Positions 8,138-17,229 of a stretch of DNA of 41,684 nt are shown in pieces. Numbering within the stretch: position 1 is the first letter of the stretch; each line of letters begins with the position of its first letter. The notes beneath the pieces were generated by a model. That model was not told the DNA's origin. It worked only from the letters and a program-made list of their open reading frames with translations, and did no database searches. This DNA comes from a virus (taxonomy: Duplodnaviria > Heunggongvirae > Uroviricota > Caudoviricetes). The translations under genes and the position numbers were made by a program. Location of the stretch: IMG/VR virus record IMGVR_UViG_3300037313_001331; one strand, 5' to 3'.

Positions 8138-10448
8138 GCGGCGACGACTGCACAACGTCCTCGAAGTCCGTCGAGAAGGCCGTGGCCAGGCCCACGCCGG
8201 TGCCAGCTGCCTTCAGCGGAGACCCGATCTGCGGCCGGTAGTTGCCGCCGGCGAAGTCCACCAGGTTCGCCGCGCCCTGCCCGCCACCGGCGTTCTGGCC
8301 GGTGGCAGAGTTCAGCGTCGAGTGCGAGTAGTTCACCGCGCCAGCTGCGTTGCCGTTCGGCTCCCAGCGGATCGGGTTGGGGTTCACGGTGTCGAACCAG
8401 TTGTTCTTCATCGTGAGCTGCCCACTGTCGAACCCCGCTTTCTTGAGGAAGACGTACGAACCGGAAACGCCGCCCTTGAACAGGTTGTTGCTGAGATTCA
8501 CGTTGGACATGTTGTCTCCCAGCTGGAGGTAGCCTGAAGAGCCACTCAGCGGGAAGATGAACGTGTTGTTGTGGATGTTCAGCCCGTTCGTCAAGGTGTC
8601 CAAGGTGTCGCCGAGACGACGCCCCTGGAACGTCACGTAGGACGTGCAGTTGACCACCAGGTTGTTGTAGATCCAGTTGTCGACGCCGCACGAGATGTCG
8701 AACGGTTGACCGTTGCCGGCTGCCCAGTAGCCCATCTCCACGATCTTGTTGTGATGCGCGTACATGCGGGTGAAGTTCTCGGCCGTTGCGCTGTAGCCGT
8801 CGTTCCACCCGATGCCGTCGCAGCACCGGTACATGAAGTTGTAGGAGATGTCGCAGTCCGTGACGTTGCCGCCATGGATGATCAGCGCGTGATTGCCCTT
8901 GTTCGGACCTGTCTGGTAGCAGTAGTTGAGCTTGAAGACGAAGTGATCCAGGTCATTGACGTAGACGTTGTGCGAGAACGTCATGTCGCGGCCGTTGTCC
9001 CAGAACGTCGACTTGATGATCCGGATGTACGAGCCCGTGCCATCCACACCCGCGCCGGCCCCGCCCCACGTGCAGCAGTCGTGCACCTCGCAGCCGATGA
9101 TGTCGACCGGGAAGTTGTAGCCTGCAGTGCCGCGAACGAATCCGCCGTAGCCGATCTGGATGCCGTTGCCCGTCGAGCCACGCATCTCGCAGTACATGTA
9201 CTTGACATCGCCGCGGCGGCTGCTGAGGCCGGTCAGCGGGGTCACACGGCGCGAGCCGCCGGTGTTGCCGATCACACCGGAGCCACCGTTGTTCGTCGTG
9301 AACGTTTCGCTGTTCACGAAGTCGGCCGCGGTGCCCACCTTGAGCACGTCAAACGACAGTCCGCTCGGGTGCTTCCAGATCACCTGGAACTGCGCCGCGG
9401 TGGTCGTGTCGCCGGTCATGATGTCGCCGACGTTGACGCCGGTCGAACTCGCGATGGCAACCTGCCAGGCCTGGATCTGGTCAAAGGCGATGGTGCACAG
9501 CCGGGTGCCGCCTTCCCAACCCATGAAACAGTAGGCGTCCGTGGTCGCCATCGTGTTGCCGTAGTTGTTGCGGTAGCGCACCAGCGGGCGGGGGCCCGAC
9601 CCGTACGAGCCGAAGAAGATGCGGCCGTGTCCGGTGCCGCCGCTGTTGGGATCGGTCCAGCCGGTCTTCGTCAGCTGAGCGCGCAGAGCGCCGTCCCACT
9701 CGCCGCCGCGCTTGAGCAGCACGACGCTGTACACGTCCAGACCGACGCCGGGGAATGCACCGTAGGTCTTGGGACGCAGCTCATTGAGCGTGGAGAAGGG
9801 GCTGGCCTTCGCCGTTGCCGGGTTGGTCGACGCAACGCCGGTGCCGGGCGTGGCAGCCGGGTCCACGTAGACGAACTGCGAGCACGGCCACCAGTAGTTG
9901 ACGTTCGAGACCGGATTGCCGACGTTGAAGTCGATGTCGGAGATGTAGTAGTTGCCGCCGGAGGTGACGACATCGCCGAACTTGTAGATCGTCCCTGCGC
10001 TGTAGGGGACGGCATCGACGGTGGGGTCCTGCGTGCGCGAGCCCGCATCTGTCGGAGCGCCGTACCCCAGCGCCATGGTGTAGTCGTTGCCGGATGAGCC
10101 GACACCGCCGCCACCTGCAGACGCCACGATGACAGAGCCGGTGTAGATGGGGCCCAGTGAGCCCGCGCCGTTCGTGTAGATCGTGCCGCGACGCACAGCA
10201 TGCGTCACGTCGGCTCCCGCCGGCGTGTAGGCAGCGCTGGTCGCCCCGGAGATGTCCGCGCCGTCACGCTGCCACTGGTAGGTGGGGGTGATCGTGGGCG
10301 AGCCGTAGACATACGGCGCCTCGACCACCGTCAGGGCCACGCCCTCGGTGGCCGCACCCGACAGGGTAGGACCACCGAGGGGGAGGCGCGGGGCCTCCGA
10401 CGTGGGCTTCCGCTTGCCGCGGTTGAAGTGACCAGCGACGCCCAGCAT
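8115..10448 (-). CDS. Right-handed beta-helix protein with N-terminal Ig-like and CBM-like segments (putative depolymerase/tailspike)
   Basis: 777 aa. Ig-like TYQWQRDGADISGATSAAYT; CBM5/12-like YSAGTIYKFGDVVTSGGNYY; repeated parallel beta-helix turns rich in N, G and C (e.g. IIGCEVHDC, FKLNYCY, ISYNFMY, IYNNLVV, IHNNTFI). Confidence 0.72.
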   Translation of the reverse strand: MLGVAGHFNRGKRKPTSEAPRLPLGGPTLSGAATEGVALTVVEAPYVYGSPTITPTYQWQRDGADISGATSAAYTPAGADVTHAVRRGTIYTNGAGSLGPIYTGSVIVASAGGGGVGSSGNDYTMALGYGAPTDAGSRTQDPTVDAVPYSAGTIYKFGDVVTSGGNYYISDIDFNVGNPVSNVNYWWPCSQFVYVDPAATPGTGVASTNPATAKASPFSTLNELRPKTYGAFPGVGLDVYSVVLLKRGGEWDGALRAQLTKTGWTDPNSGGTGHGRIFFGSYGSGPRPLVRYRNNYGNTMATTDAYCFMGWEGGTRLCTIAFDQIQAWQVAIASSTGVNVGDIMTGDTTTAAQFQVIWKHPSGLSFDVLKVGTAADFVNSETFTTNNGGSGVIGNTGGSRRVTPLTGLSSRRGDVKYMYCEMRGSTGNGIQIGYGGFVRGTAGYNFPVDIIGCEVHDCCTWGGAGAGVDGTGSYIRIIKSTFWDNGRDMTFSHNVYVNDLDHFVFKLNYCYQTGPNKGNHALIIHGGNVTDCDISYNFMYRCCDGIGWNDGYSATAENFTRMYAHHNKIVEMGYWAAGNGQPFDISCGVDNWIYNNLVVNCTSYVTFQGRRLGDTLDTLTNGLNIHNNTFIFPLSGSSGYLQLGDNMSNVNLSNNLFKGGVSGSYVFLKKAGFDSGQLTMKNNWFDTVNPNPIRWEPNGNAAGAVNYSHSTLNSATGQNAGGGQGAANLVDFAGGNYRPQIGSPLKAAGTGVGLATAFSTDFEDVVQSSPPSIGCFV

Positions 10449-12337
10449 TACGCGATCCCCGTGAGCGCGCCGCCGAACAGGCCGGTCGACTGCAGCACCG
10501 GCGCCACCGGCGTGGTCGCGCCGTTGTTGCAGCGGAAGAGCAGCGGGTAGATCTGCGCGCCGATGTCGGGCAGCTTGCCGCCGGTGTTGACCGTGCCGCC
10601 CGCGCCGTCATTGGTGAGCGTCACGAACGCAACGCTGTTGGCCGTGCGGTTGTAGAGCCACATCTCGGCCTTGCGGTTGGCGCCAGGCGTGTACTTCAGC
10701 TGGAAGTCGTACACCGTGGCAGCCGCGTCGTTGGCCGGCGCCGGGTTGCCCTCGAAGCCCGCGCCCAGGCTGGTGCCCAGGAAGGCGGCATTGGCGGTCG
10801 CACTGTTCGCAATCGGCCGGTAGTACTGGTCGGTCGCGTCGGTGTAGAAGCCCAGGCAGTTCGTCAGGTACTGGCTCGGGATGAGCGTGTTGCTGAGCGA
10901 GGCGCCCTGCTGCCAGCTGATGCCGATGAAGTTGCGGCCACCGTTGGTGCCGCTCCAGGTTTGGCCATCGGTGATGGCGAACACGCAGCGGAACTTGTAG
11001 ACGGGCTCGGTTGCACCGGTGCCGCCGATGTAGCCGGTCTGCACGCCCGGCCGCCATGCGATGTAGTCGGTCGCGGCAGCAGCCGTGAACTTCAGGCGGT
11101 GGTAGTAGCCGAGACCGCCCAGGGACGACGTGCTCGGCGCGCTCAGGGTCGGGGCGCTGGTGCCCACCGGAGCGGTGTTCAGCATCATGAACCCGGTCAT
11201 CGTCGTCGAGCCGGGGTACTGCGGGTAGATGCCGAAGTTGCCGTAGCCGCTGGTGAAGTCGGGCAAGCCGCCACCGCCGCCACCACCTGACGCGGCGATG
11301 CTCACCGTCTGCGTGCCGGAGTTCGGCGTCAGCGTGACGTTGGCGCCCTGCTGCAGGATGGCGGCGACGCGGGCATAGACCGCAGCGTTGAAGTCTGAGA
11401 TGGCAGCTGCCTGAAGGGTGCCCAGCTGGCCAGCGACCACGTAGACGTTGGTCTGCTCCATGATGATGGAGCCCAGCGCCTTGGCGCCGCTGGAGGACAG
11501 CTGGCCGTCGATGCTGGAAACGCCCGAGGTACCGTCACCTTGGAACGTGACGTTGCCGCCCGACATGGCGACCGAGTGGAACCAATCGCACCAGAAGCCT
11601 GCGGACAGACCCACCGGGATCGTCACCGTGCAACCGCCCGTGTTCGTGAAACGCAGCAGCCAGGAGCAGTCGGCGTCCAGGATCGTGTAGGTCGCCGCCG
11701 AAATGGACTTGATGCCCTTGTACTTGTCGGCCTTTGTGGCAAAGGTCGCAGCCAGCGCCGCGGCGTCGGAATAGCCCAGGGCCGTCGGTGCTGCGGCGGT
11801 GCCGCCCAACGCGCCGGCGAGGCGCACGTTGCCGTTCACCGAGGACGTGGCGTCCTGCTCGGTGTTGTCGATCTTGTCCCAGCTGGAGCCGTTCGAGACG
11901 ATCCAGTCGCCGACTTGCCAATCGGTGATGCCGTTGACGTTGGTCGCGCCGGCAACGCTGACCTTGTAGTACTGGCCCTTGTTGCCGGTGGCAGCGACCG
12001 GGATGGTCGGGGTGTTGGTCGAGGCGTTCCAGGTGCCCTGGTATGCCATGGCACCGGTGATCGAGGACGGCAGTTGGCCGGCCGGCACCTTGCCGTCGTT
12101 TCCGAGCGTGGCAACACCGTTGGCCGCACCCTTGTCGGTCGCGGGAATCGCGCCGACATCGGCCGCCGTGGGCATTGCGTGAACGTGGTCCTCGTGCGAG
12201 GCCGCGACGGCAACGCCGGCAGCGGCGACACCGAGAGGGCTCGGGGTGGCGGTGCCCGTCGCGGCGCCGCCACCACCTCCACCACCGCCACCCGAGGAGG
12301 GAGCGGTGCCTGCGTACTTGGTCAGACTGGTCGTCAT
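10448..12337 (-). CDS. Tail fibre / virion appendage-like protein
   Basis: 629 aa, Gly/Ala/Thr-rich. Fibre-type motifs HVHAMPTAADVGA, GAANGVATLGNDGKVPAGQLP and YQGTWNASTNTP...GDWIVSNG. Coupled to the next gene (TAATG). Confidence 0.68.
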   Translation of the reverse strand: MTTSLTKYAGTAPSSGGGGGGGGGAATGTATPSPLGVAAAGVAVAASHEDHVHAMPTAADVGAIPATDKGAANGVATLGNDGKVPAGQLPSSITGAMAYQGTWNASTNTPTIPVAATGNKGQYYKVSVAGATNVNGITDWQVGDWIVSNGSSWDKIDNTEQDATSSVNGNVRLAGALGGTAAAPTALGYSDAAALAATFATKADKYKGIKSISAATYTILDADCSWLLRFTNTGGCTVTIPVGLSAGFWCDWFHSVAMSGGNVTFQGDGTSGVSSIDGQLSSSGAKALGSIIMEQTNVYVVAGQLGTLQAAAISDFNAAVYARVAAILQQGANVTLTPNSGTQTVSIAASGGGGGGGLPDFTSGYGNFGIYPQYPGSTTMTGFMMLNTAPVGTSAPTLSAPSTSSLGGLGYYHRLKFTAAAATDYIAWRPGVQTGYIGGTGATEPVYKFRCVFAITDGQTWSGTNGGRNFIGISWQQGASLSNTLIPSQYLTNCLGFYTDATDQYYRPIANSATANAAFLGTSLGAGFEGNPAPANDAAATVYDFQLKYTPGANRKAEMWLYNRTANSVAFVTLTNDGAGGTVNTGGKLPDIGAQIYPLLFRCNNGATTPVAPVLQSTGLFGGALTGIA

Positions 12338-12352
12338 TTATTCTTTTCCTTA

Positions 12353-12370
12353 TGTGTCAGTACTGACTCA
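12353..12370. promoter_or_regulatory. 18-bp palindromic motif, copy 4 (TGTGTCAG-TA-CTGACTCA)
   Basis: Intergenic, abutting the RBS of the 629-aa gene. Confidence 0.85.
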
Positions 12371-12375
12371 CGTCC

Positions 12376-12693
12376 TTAGATGGACATGATGGCCGAGACT
12401 TTGGTGGCGCTGCCCGTGGTGCTCACGAGTTCAGCCCGGAAGAACTCCCACTTCCAATAGATCTCCTCCGCCTCGCTGGGCGTGCCGTTGCTGATGTCGA
12501 ACGTGCCGATCAGGTGCGGGAAGCGGGGGTCGTTGGCGCCATAGACCTTGACCTGCGCGGTCCAGGTGCCAGAGTTCGAGGAGCCGGCGACCTGAACGGA
12601 GCGCTTGCCGTTGGTCTCGGCGGAATCGCCGGCTCCCTTCCATTCACCAAAGCCGAGATTGGTCTGGTCCAGGAGCAGCTGCAATTGGGACAT
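12376..12693 (-). CDS. Small hypothetical (possibly virion-associated) protein, 105 aa
   Basis: Start moved to MSQLQLLL (GGGAGA RBS). Beta-strand-like pattern. Confidence 0.62.
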   Translation of the reverse strand: MSQLQLLLDQTNLGFGEWKGAGDSAETNGKRSVQVAGSSNSGTWTAQVKVYGANDPRFPHLIGTFDISNGTPSEAEEIYWKWEFFRAELVSTTGSATKVSAIMSI

Positions 12694-12729
12694 GGGGTTT
12701 CTCCCTCTTATTCTTATGTCCCCGCATTG

Positions 12730-12747
12730 TGTGTCAGCGCTGACTGA
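12730..12747. promoter_or_regulatory. 18-bp palindromic motif, copy 5 (TGTGTCAG-CG-CTGACTGA)
   Basis: Intergenic, 4 bp beyond the phosphoesterase stop codon. Confidence 0.85.
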
Positions 12748-12751
12748 GTCG

Positions 12752-13990
12752 TCAAGGCAACGGACGTGCCTGCGGCAGCGCGATGCGCGTCTCCGGGGTG
12801 ACCATCTCATCGGGCTGGCGGGTGTACCAGACGCCACCGGACACAGCGAAGTCGGTGACCGGCACGTAGTCGAAGTTGACCTGGCGCGTCTGGGTGTCGC
12901 TGTTCGCAATCATGAAGCCCATGTGCCACTTCTCACCCGAGCAGTAGCTGGCGTCCCGGCGGTGTCCGCAGCCCAGCTGGTGCCACTCGAAGGCGCCGTA
13001 GACCGGACTGAAGTCGGGCCAGCTGATGTGCTTGTGGTGGTGCCCATTCACGCCCGGCAAGCCCATGCGACGCCCCTCGGGGAAATGGTGCACCAGCAGG
13101 CAGTCGTCGTAGATGATGTAGTTGCGGCCCAGCTCCTTGGTGATGTCGCGCTCACGGTAGGCGGCCAGGTCAGCCTTGGCGTGGTAGTTCACCTCGAACC
13201 GGTCCAGGCCGAACAGCTGGCGAATGGTCATCCCGTGCAGCTCCGCCAGCACGACCTTCAGGGCGGGCGTCTCGTCACTCAGGTGACGCAGCATGCGGAA
13301 CTCGTGGTTGCCTTCGAGGTAGTCGAACTGGGCGTCCGGGATCACCTCGCGCACATCAGCGCAGAAGCGGTGCATCTCGCGGATGCGTCGGGTTGGGTTC
13401 CATTCGCGCGGGTCGACCGAGTACTTGCCGAACTCAGGCAGGTCCATGCCGTCGCCACCGATGCAAAAGGCATCCGGCTGCACCCGGCGCACGGTGTCGA
13501 TGAGCACGCGGCGGAAGAACGGATCCATCTCCTCGTCGTGCAGGTCCGAGCAGATGATGACCGTCTTGAAGCGCTTGTTGTTCGGGCGCAGGTACTTGTC
13601 GCCGTAGTTCGCCCGCTCCTCGTTCGCCTTGCGGTAGTGGTCGACCGACGCATGCTTGGCGATGGCGCGCTCCAGCGCGTGCTGCTGGCGGGTCAGCTTC
13701 AGCCCGGCCTGGCGCTTGAACTCCTCGAAAGTGCCAAAGTACTGGTTCCACGCCGACTCGGCGTAGGTGCCGTTGACGCGGTAGAAGTTGCGGCTGATGG
13801 CCAGGTCGGGATGCCTTTCAGCCAGATCGCGCAGATCCTTCACCACCTGGGCCTTGGTCGCCGTCTTTACCTTGGGGATCAGCGTCTCCGACATCGGCTC
13901 CGGGCGGTGCACCAGGCCGTAGTGGGGGATCTTCTGCTTTTCTTCCTTGACGGGCTTGGCCGCCTTCGCGGCGACGGTCTTCTTGGTCAT
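12752..13990 (-). CDS. Calcineurin-like metallophosphoesterase with N-terminal putative nucleic-acid-binding repeat
   Basis: Metal motifs SDLH, GGDGMD, EGNHE and GHHH in canonical order. The N-terminal YRVNGTYAESAWNQYFGTFEEFKRQAGL resembles the homing-endonuclease-associated repeat. Confidence 0.83.
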   Translation of the reverse strand: MTKKTVAAKAAKPVKEEKQKIPHYGLVHRPEPMSETLIPKVKTATKAQVVKDLRDLAERHPDLAISRNFYRVNGTYAESAWNQYFGTFEEFKRQAGLKLTRQQHALERAIAKHASVDHYRKANEERANYGDKYLRPNNKRFKTVIICSDLHDEEMDPFFRRVLIDTVRRVQPDAFCIGGDGMDLPEFGKYSVDPREWNPTRRIREMHRFCADVREVIPDAQFDYLEGNHEFRMLRHLSDETPALKVVLAELHGMTIRQLFGLDRFEVNYHAKADLAAYRERDITKELGRNYIIYDDCLLVHHFPEGRRMGLPGVNGHHHKHISWPDFSPVYGAFEWHQLGCGHRRDASYCSGEKWHMGFMIANSDTQTRQVNFDYVPVTDFAVSGGVWYTRQPDEMVTPETRIALPQARPLP

Positions 13991-13999
13991 AGGCGAGGC

Positions 14000-14605
14000 T
14001 CAGGGCCGCGTGTTGAGTTTCGAGTTCACCCAGTCGACGAGTCCATCGTGACGGGCAGCCAGTTCCTTGTAGAGACGCACTACTTCGAGGTCGTTTTCGG
14101 CGAACTCGCCGCCAGTGACAGCGGGCGCAGCAGGGGCAGCGGCTCCGACTTGCGCATCAGCTCCGCCGGCGGAACCAGAAGCAACTCCGGCGGCTGGGGC
14201 AGCACGGGCTTGGTCGAGCAGGCGGACAGACTCAGGATCGAGAACACACTGGCCCAGCAGAGGGCGCGAAGCTTGGTCATAGCGTTCGGTCAGGGGAAGG
14301 TTGGCCTGGGCTGCCAGGCGGGCGCGAAGCTGTGCCGCAAGGGCACGCTGTTCGGTGTTCTGGGCGGTGAGCTTGGCGATCAGACGCTGGTCTTCGGCCC
14401 GGGCGTCCGCGATGTTCTGGCGCAGCTGGTGCACCTGGCCAACTGCCTGTTCGGTTCGGGCCGCGTCGATTTCCGCCGACCTGGCGGCGTAGCCGGCCCG
14501 ATGGCCATCCCAGTGGATGAGTACTCCGATTAGCGCCAGGATGCCGACAATGGCAACCGGACGCATGAAGCGCTCAACCAGGCCGAGAAGTGCCGCGGCG
14601 ATCAA
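14000..14605 (-). CDS. Rz: Inner-membrane spanin (Rz-like)
   Basis: N-terminal TM helix, Ala-rich coiled coil, position after the endolysin, and an embedded lipoprotein ORF. Confidence 0.75.
   Translation of the reverse strand: MIAAALLGLVERFMRPVAIVGILALIGVLIHWDGHRAGYAARSAEIDAARTEQAVGQVHQLRQNIADARAEDQRLIAKLTAQNTEQRALAAQLRARLAAQANLPLTERYDQASRPLLGQCVLDPESVRLLDQARAAPAAGVASGSAGGADAQVGAAAPAAPAVTGGEFAENDLEVVRLYKELAARHDGLVDWVNSKLNTRP
14080..14280 (-). CDS. Rz1: Outer-membrane spanin lipoprotein (Rz1-like), fully embedded in Rz in another frame
   Basis: Signal peptide with lipobox LSAC followed by a Pro-rich mature part (STKPVLPQPPELLLVPP). Confidence 0.78.
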   Translation of the reverse strand: MTKLRALCWASVFSILSLSACSTKPVLPQPPELLLVPPAELMRKSEPLPLLRPLSLAASSPKTTSK

Positions 14606-14817
14606 GCGCCCTTCTCCGGGCTCTGGCCGGACTGGTCAGGCGCCTTGATGCGCTGGGTGACGTTCCCGGTGATGTAGGCGGCCACGGTCGCGATGACGAT
14701 GGTGGTGTACGCGTCTGCGTTCAGCTTGCCGAACCACAGCAGAGCAGTCGCGGCTGCGTGCGCGGCCACGGTCAGGAGAAACCGGCGACCGCCGATGGCG
14801 TCGAAGTTGACCTTCAT
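14602..14817 (-). CDS. Small two-TM membrane protein, holin candidate
   Basis: 71 aa with two hydrophobic segments and a charged tail. Overlaps both the endolysin and Rz genes by 4 bp. Confidence 0.55.
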   Translation of the reverse strand: MKVNFDAIGGRRFLLTVAAHAAATALLWFGKLNADAYTTIVIATVAAYITGNVTQRIKAPDQSGQSPEKGA

Positions 14818-15296
14818 GGGTTGAGCCCCTTGGTGTAGACGGCCTTGCCATCTACGAACTTGGCAGTGAGGACCTCGCCATCGTTCGTGCCGTCAGGGAT
14901 GGAGATGTGGACCCACGTGCCCTCCCAGATCAGCTGACCGAACTTGATGCCGGACTTGGCGATGGCAGAGGCGATCTGTAGCGGCGTGCCGAAGCCCGGG
15001 CAGCGAAAGTCGGCTGCAGCGCCCCGAAGGTGGTCACTGGCCAAAGATCCACCGACCTCGGCGTTCAATCGTGGGCAGCGGTATCCGCTGGAGACCAGGA
15101 TGGGTAGCCCACCCAGCAGCTTGCGAACTTCCTCCAGCAGCGCGGCAACCTTGAACAGGTTCTGCACCGACATGGGGTCGGGCGTGTTGTCGATGCCTAG
15201 GCGGACCGCTTTGTCGCTCTCGACGAACTCGGACAGGTAGAAGTTCGGGCTGAGTTGCACAGCACCGTTGCGGCTCTTGCGAATGACGCCCGGCAT
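14814..15296 (-). CDS. Endolysin, peptidase M15 family
   Basis: LSPNFYLSEF, SSGYRC..LN..VGG, SDHLRGAAADF and WVHIS Zn-peptidase motifs. Confidence 0.88.
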   Translation of the reverse strand: MPGVIRKSRNGAVQLSPNFYLSEFVESDKAVRLGIDNTPDPMSVQNLFKVAALLEEVRKLLGGLPILVSSGYRCPRLNAEVGGSLASDHLRGAAADFRCPGFGTPLQIASAIAKSGIKFGQLIWEGTWVHISIPDGTNDGEVLTAKFVDGKAVYTKGLNP

Positions 15297-15305
15297 GCAG
15301 GTTCC

Positions 15306-15719
15306 TTACTTGATCAGCGGGGAGTTGGGGAGGTGATTCAGGAGCCAGACGACTCCGCCGCCGCAGGCGGCAATCACGGCCCACATCACGCGGGCCAGCC
15401 AGGTGGCTGTGGAGATGCGCGCCTTGTTGCGCTCGCCGTCGATGTGCATCTCCTTGACCACGTCTTCCACCGCAGCCAAACGGCTGGAGAAGCTCGCGTT
15501 GGAGGCCTTGTCGATGTCGGCCTGGTGCTGTCGCTCCTCGATGCGCTCGATGCGCTCCAGGATCTTGTTCGTCGTGTTGGTCAGCGTGGCCTGCCGGTCG
15601 CCCAGCACGGCCAACTGATTGATGCCGTCTGCCACCTTGGCGAGAACGATCTTCATTTCGTTCACGTCATTGCGCAGGTGGAAGAGCTCTCCGCTGTCAA
15701 CGCGGCTTTCCGATCCCAT
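15306..15719 (-). CDS. Coiled-coil protein with C-terminal TM (holin/antiholin-like)
   Basis: Heptad-rich N-terminal part, hydrophobic C-terminus WLARVMWAVIAACGGGVVWLL, first gene of the lysis block. Confidence 0.55.
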   Translation of the reverse strand: MGSESRVDSGELFHLRNDVNEMKIVLAKVADGINQLAVLGDRQATLTNTTNKILERIERIEERQHQADIDKASNASFSSRLAAVEDVVKEMHIDGERNKARISTATWLARVMWAVIAACGGGVVWLLNHLPNSPLIK

Positions 15720-15752
15720 TTTCTTGTTCTTCCCTGAGCGGTTGTTGTTTTA

Positions 15753-15770
15753 TCAGTCAGTGCTGACTGA
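15753..15770. promoter_or_regulatory. 18-bp palindromic motif, copy 6 (TCAGTCAG-TG-CTGACTGA), with minus-strand TATAAT at 15775-15770 overlapping its edge
   Basis: Intergenic, upstream of the lysis cassette. Confidence 0.85.
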
Positions 15771-15825
15771 TTATAGGGGCCGAGTCTATCGGGCTTCGGA
15801 TGCAAGCGGTATAAGGATTCCAGGT

Positions 15826-16446
15826 TCACGGCCAGGTGATTGCGTTCACCGCCTCGATGGTCGCCGCGGCATCGATGGCTTGCCGGAGGGTGTCGCCGGT
15901 GTCATAGGCACCCTGCACCTTCTGGGCGAGCAGCAGGCCGACCTGAACGATCTCCGCGGCCGTGAACTCGGGCCGGGTGTCGTCGGCGAGCGTGAACCGA
16001 ATGGGCGTGTCGAGGCCGAGAGCTGTCAGGTTGTTTGCCAGCAGAACAGCCTCCTTGATGCCCTCACGGCCACGAGCGTCCGAATCGAAGGTGCCGTACG
16101 GCGTGACCAGTGGGGCGTCGAAGATGGCTTGGCGGATTGCCTTCATCTCCGCCCACTTGCGCACCCGGGCACCTTCGATGCCGACCGCGGCGTCCTGTAC
16201 AACGCTGCCGCCGGCCAGCACACCCTCCGCGATGAGCGCGGACTCCGCCGCGGGCAGGCTGGACACGGGCAGCATCAGCTCCCACATCCAAACGAAACCT
16301 TTCCCCGCCAGGTAGTCGGCCTCGCTGGGCCAGCTGGCGACACGCACCGTCGCATGGGTGTTGCCGAAGGCATGCACCGCATCCTTCAGCACGTGGAAAC
16401 CCACGGTCGCGCCGTTGGGTGTGATAGTGTCTTTGAAGATCGGCAT
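15826..16446 (-). CDS. DUF4376-like tail fibre assembly protein
   Basis: C-terminal pattern TFDSD..GREGI...FTLADDT...AATIEAVNAITWP. Confidence 0.7.
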   Translation of the reverse strand: MPIFKDTITPNGATVGFHVLKDAVHAFGNTHATVRVASWPSEADYLAGKGFVWMWELMLPVSSLPAAESALIAEGVLAGGSVVQDAAVGIEGARVRKWAEMKAIRQAIFDAPLVTPYGTFDSDARGREGIKEAVLLANNLTALGLDTPIRFTLADDTRPEFTAAEIVQVGLLLAQKVQGAYDTGDTLRQAIDAAATIEAVNAITWP

Positions 16447-16455
16447 GTCGTCTCC

Positions 16456-17229
16456 CTAGTCGTAGTCCGCCGCATTGATGATGGGAAGAATCGCGCTCGT
16501 GACCCCATTGAACACGGAGAAGGTCATGGGCGCGTCTTCTGTGAACAGCCCGCAGTAGTAGGTCTTGCCATAGATGTTGGTTGCATCCCGACGGACGCAG
16601 CCCTCATAGAACTTGCCGTCAGAGAAGCCTGTCTCGCCAACTGGTGTCCAGAATTCGCCACCGTATGGCGCGACAAAGAACGCCGGCTTGCTCGGCAGGG
16701 TCGGCAGCGCGGTCGTGATCGTCGATGTGGTTCCGTACCCTGTCGAGGAGTTGAAAGCTGGGTACCCGACCGTACCTAGACCGGCCAACAGTAGGCTCTT
16801 GAACCCACTATCAAATGCCAGTGTGCCGTCCTGCTTGTAGACGCGCAGTCCGAAGGGATCGGAGCTTGCCGATAGTCCGGTGGTCCCGAAGACATAGCCC
16901 TCCGGTTTCGTGTAACTCGTGCCGGAGGGGTAGAACACGAGCAACGTTCCCACTTGGCTGCGAACCAGGCCATACAGCGATTCCGCAGACCCCTCGCCGA
17001 AGCTGTAGGACACAGTGCCCCCATTCGTCGGCAATGTCCAGAAGATGAGGTTCGGCGCGTAGGTGTTCGTGACGCTGAAAGAGTATTCGTCTGCCTTGTC
17101 GCCATTGGGCATCGTCAACGTGCGGATAGGCGAACCGAGCGTGATCTTTTGGACAAAGCGGCCGCAAGTGAATCGATCGTCCACAAGCAGTTCGCCACCA
17201 TCGGTGCTGATCGATAGTCCGAAGCTCAT
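16456..17229 (-). CDS. Tail-associated protein (lower GC)
   Basis: 257 aa with FGLSISTDGG and FGLRVYKQDGTLAFDS repeats of the type seen after tail-tip genes. Confidence 0.62.
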   Translation of the reverse strand: MSFGLSISTDGGELLVDDRFTCGRFVQKITLGSPIRTLTMPNGDKADEYSFSVTNTYAPNLIFWTLPTNGGTVSYSFGEGSAESLYGLVRSQVGTLLVFYPSGTSYTKPEGYVFGTTGLSASSDPFGLRVYKQDGTLAFDSGFKSLLLAGLGTVGYPAFNSSTGYGTTSTITTALPTLPSKPAFFVAPYGGEFWTPVGETGFSDGKFYEGCVRRDATNIYGKTYYCGLFTEDAPMTFSVFNGVTSAILPIINAADYD

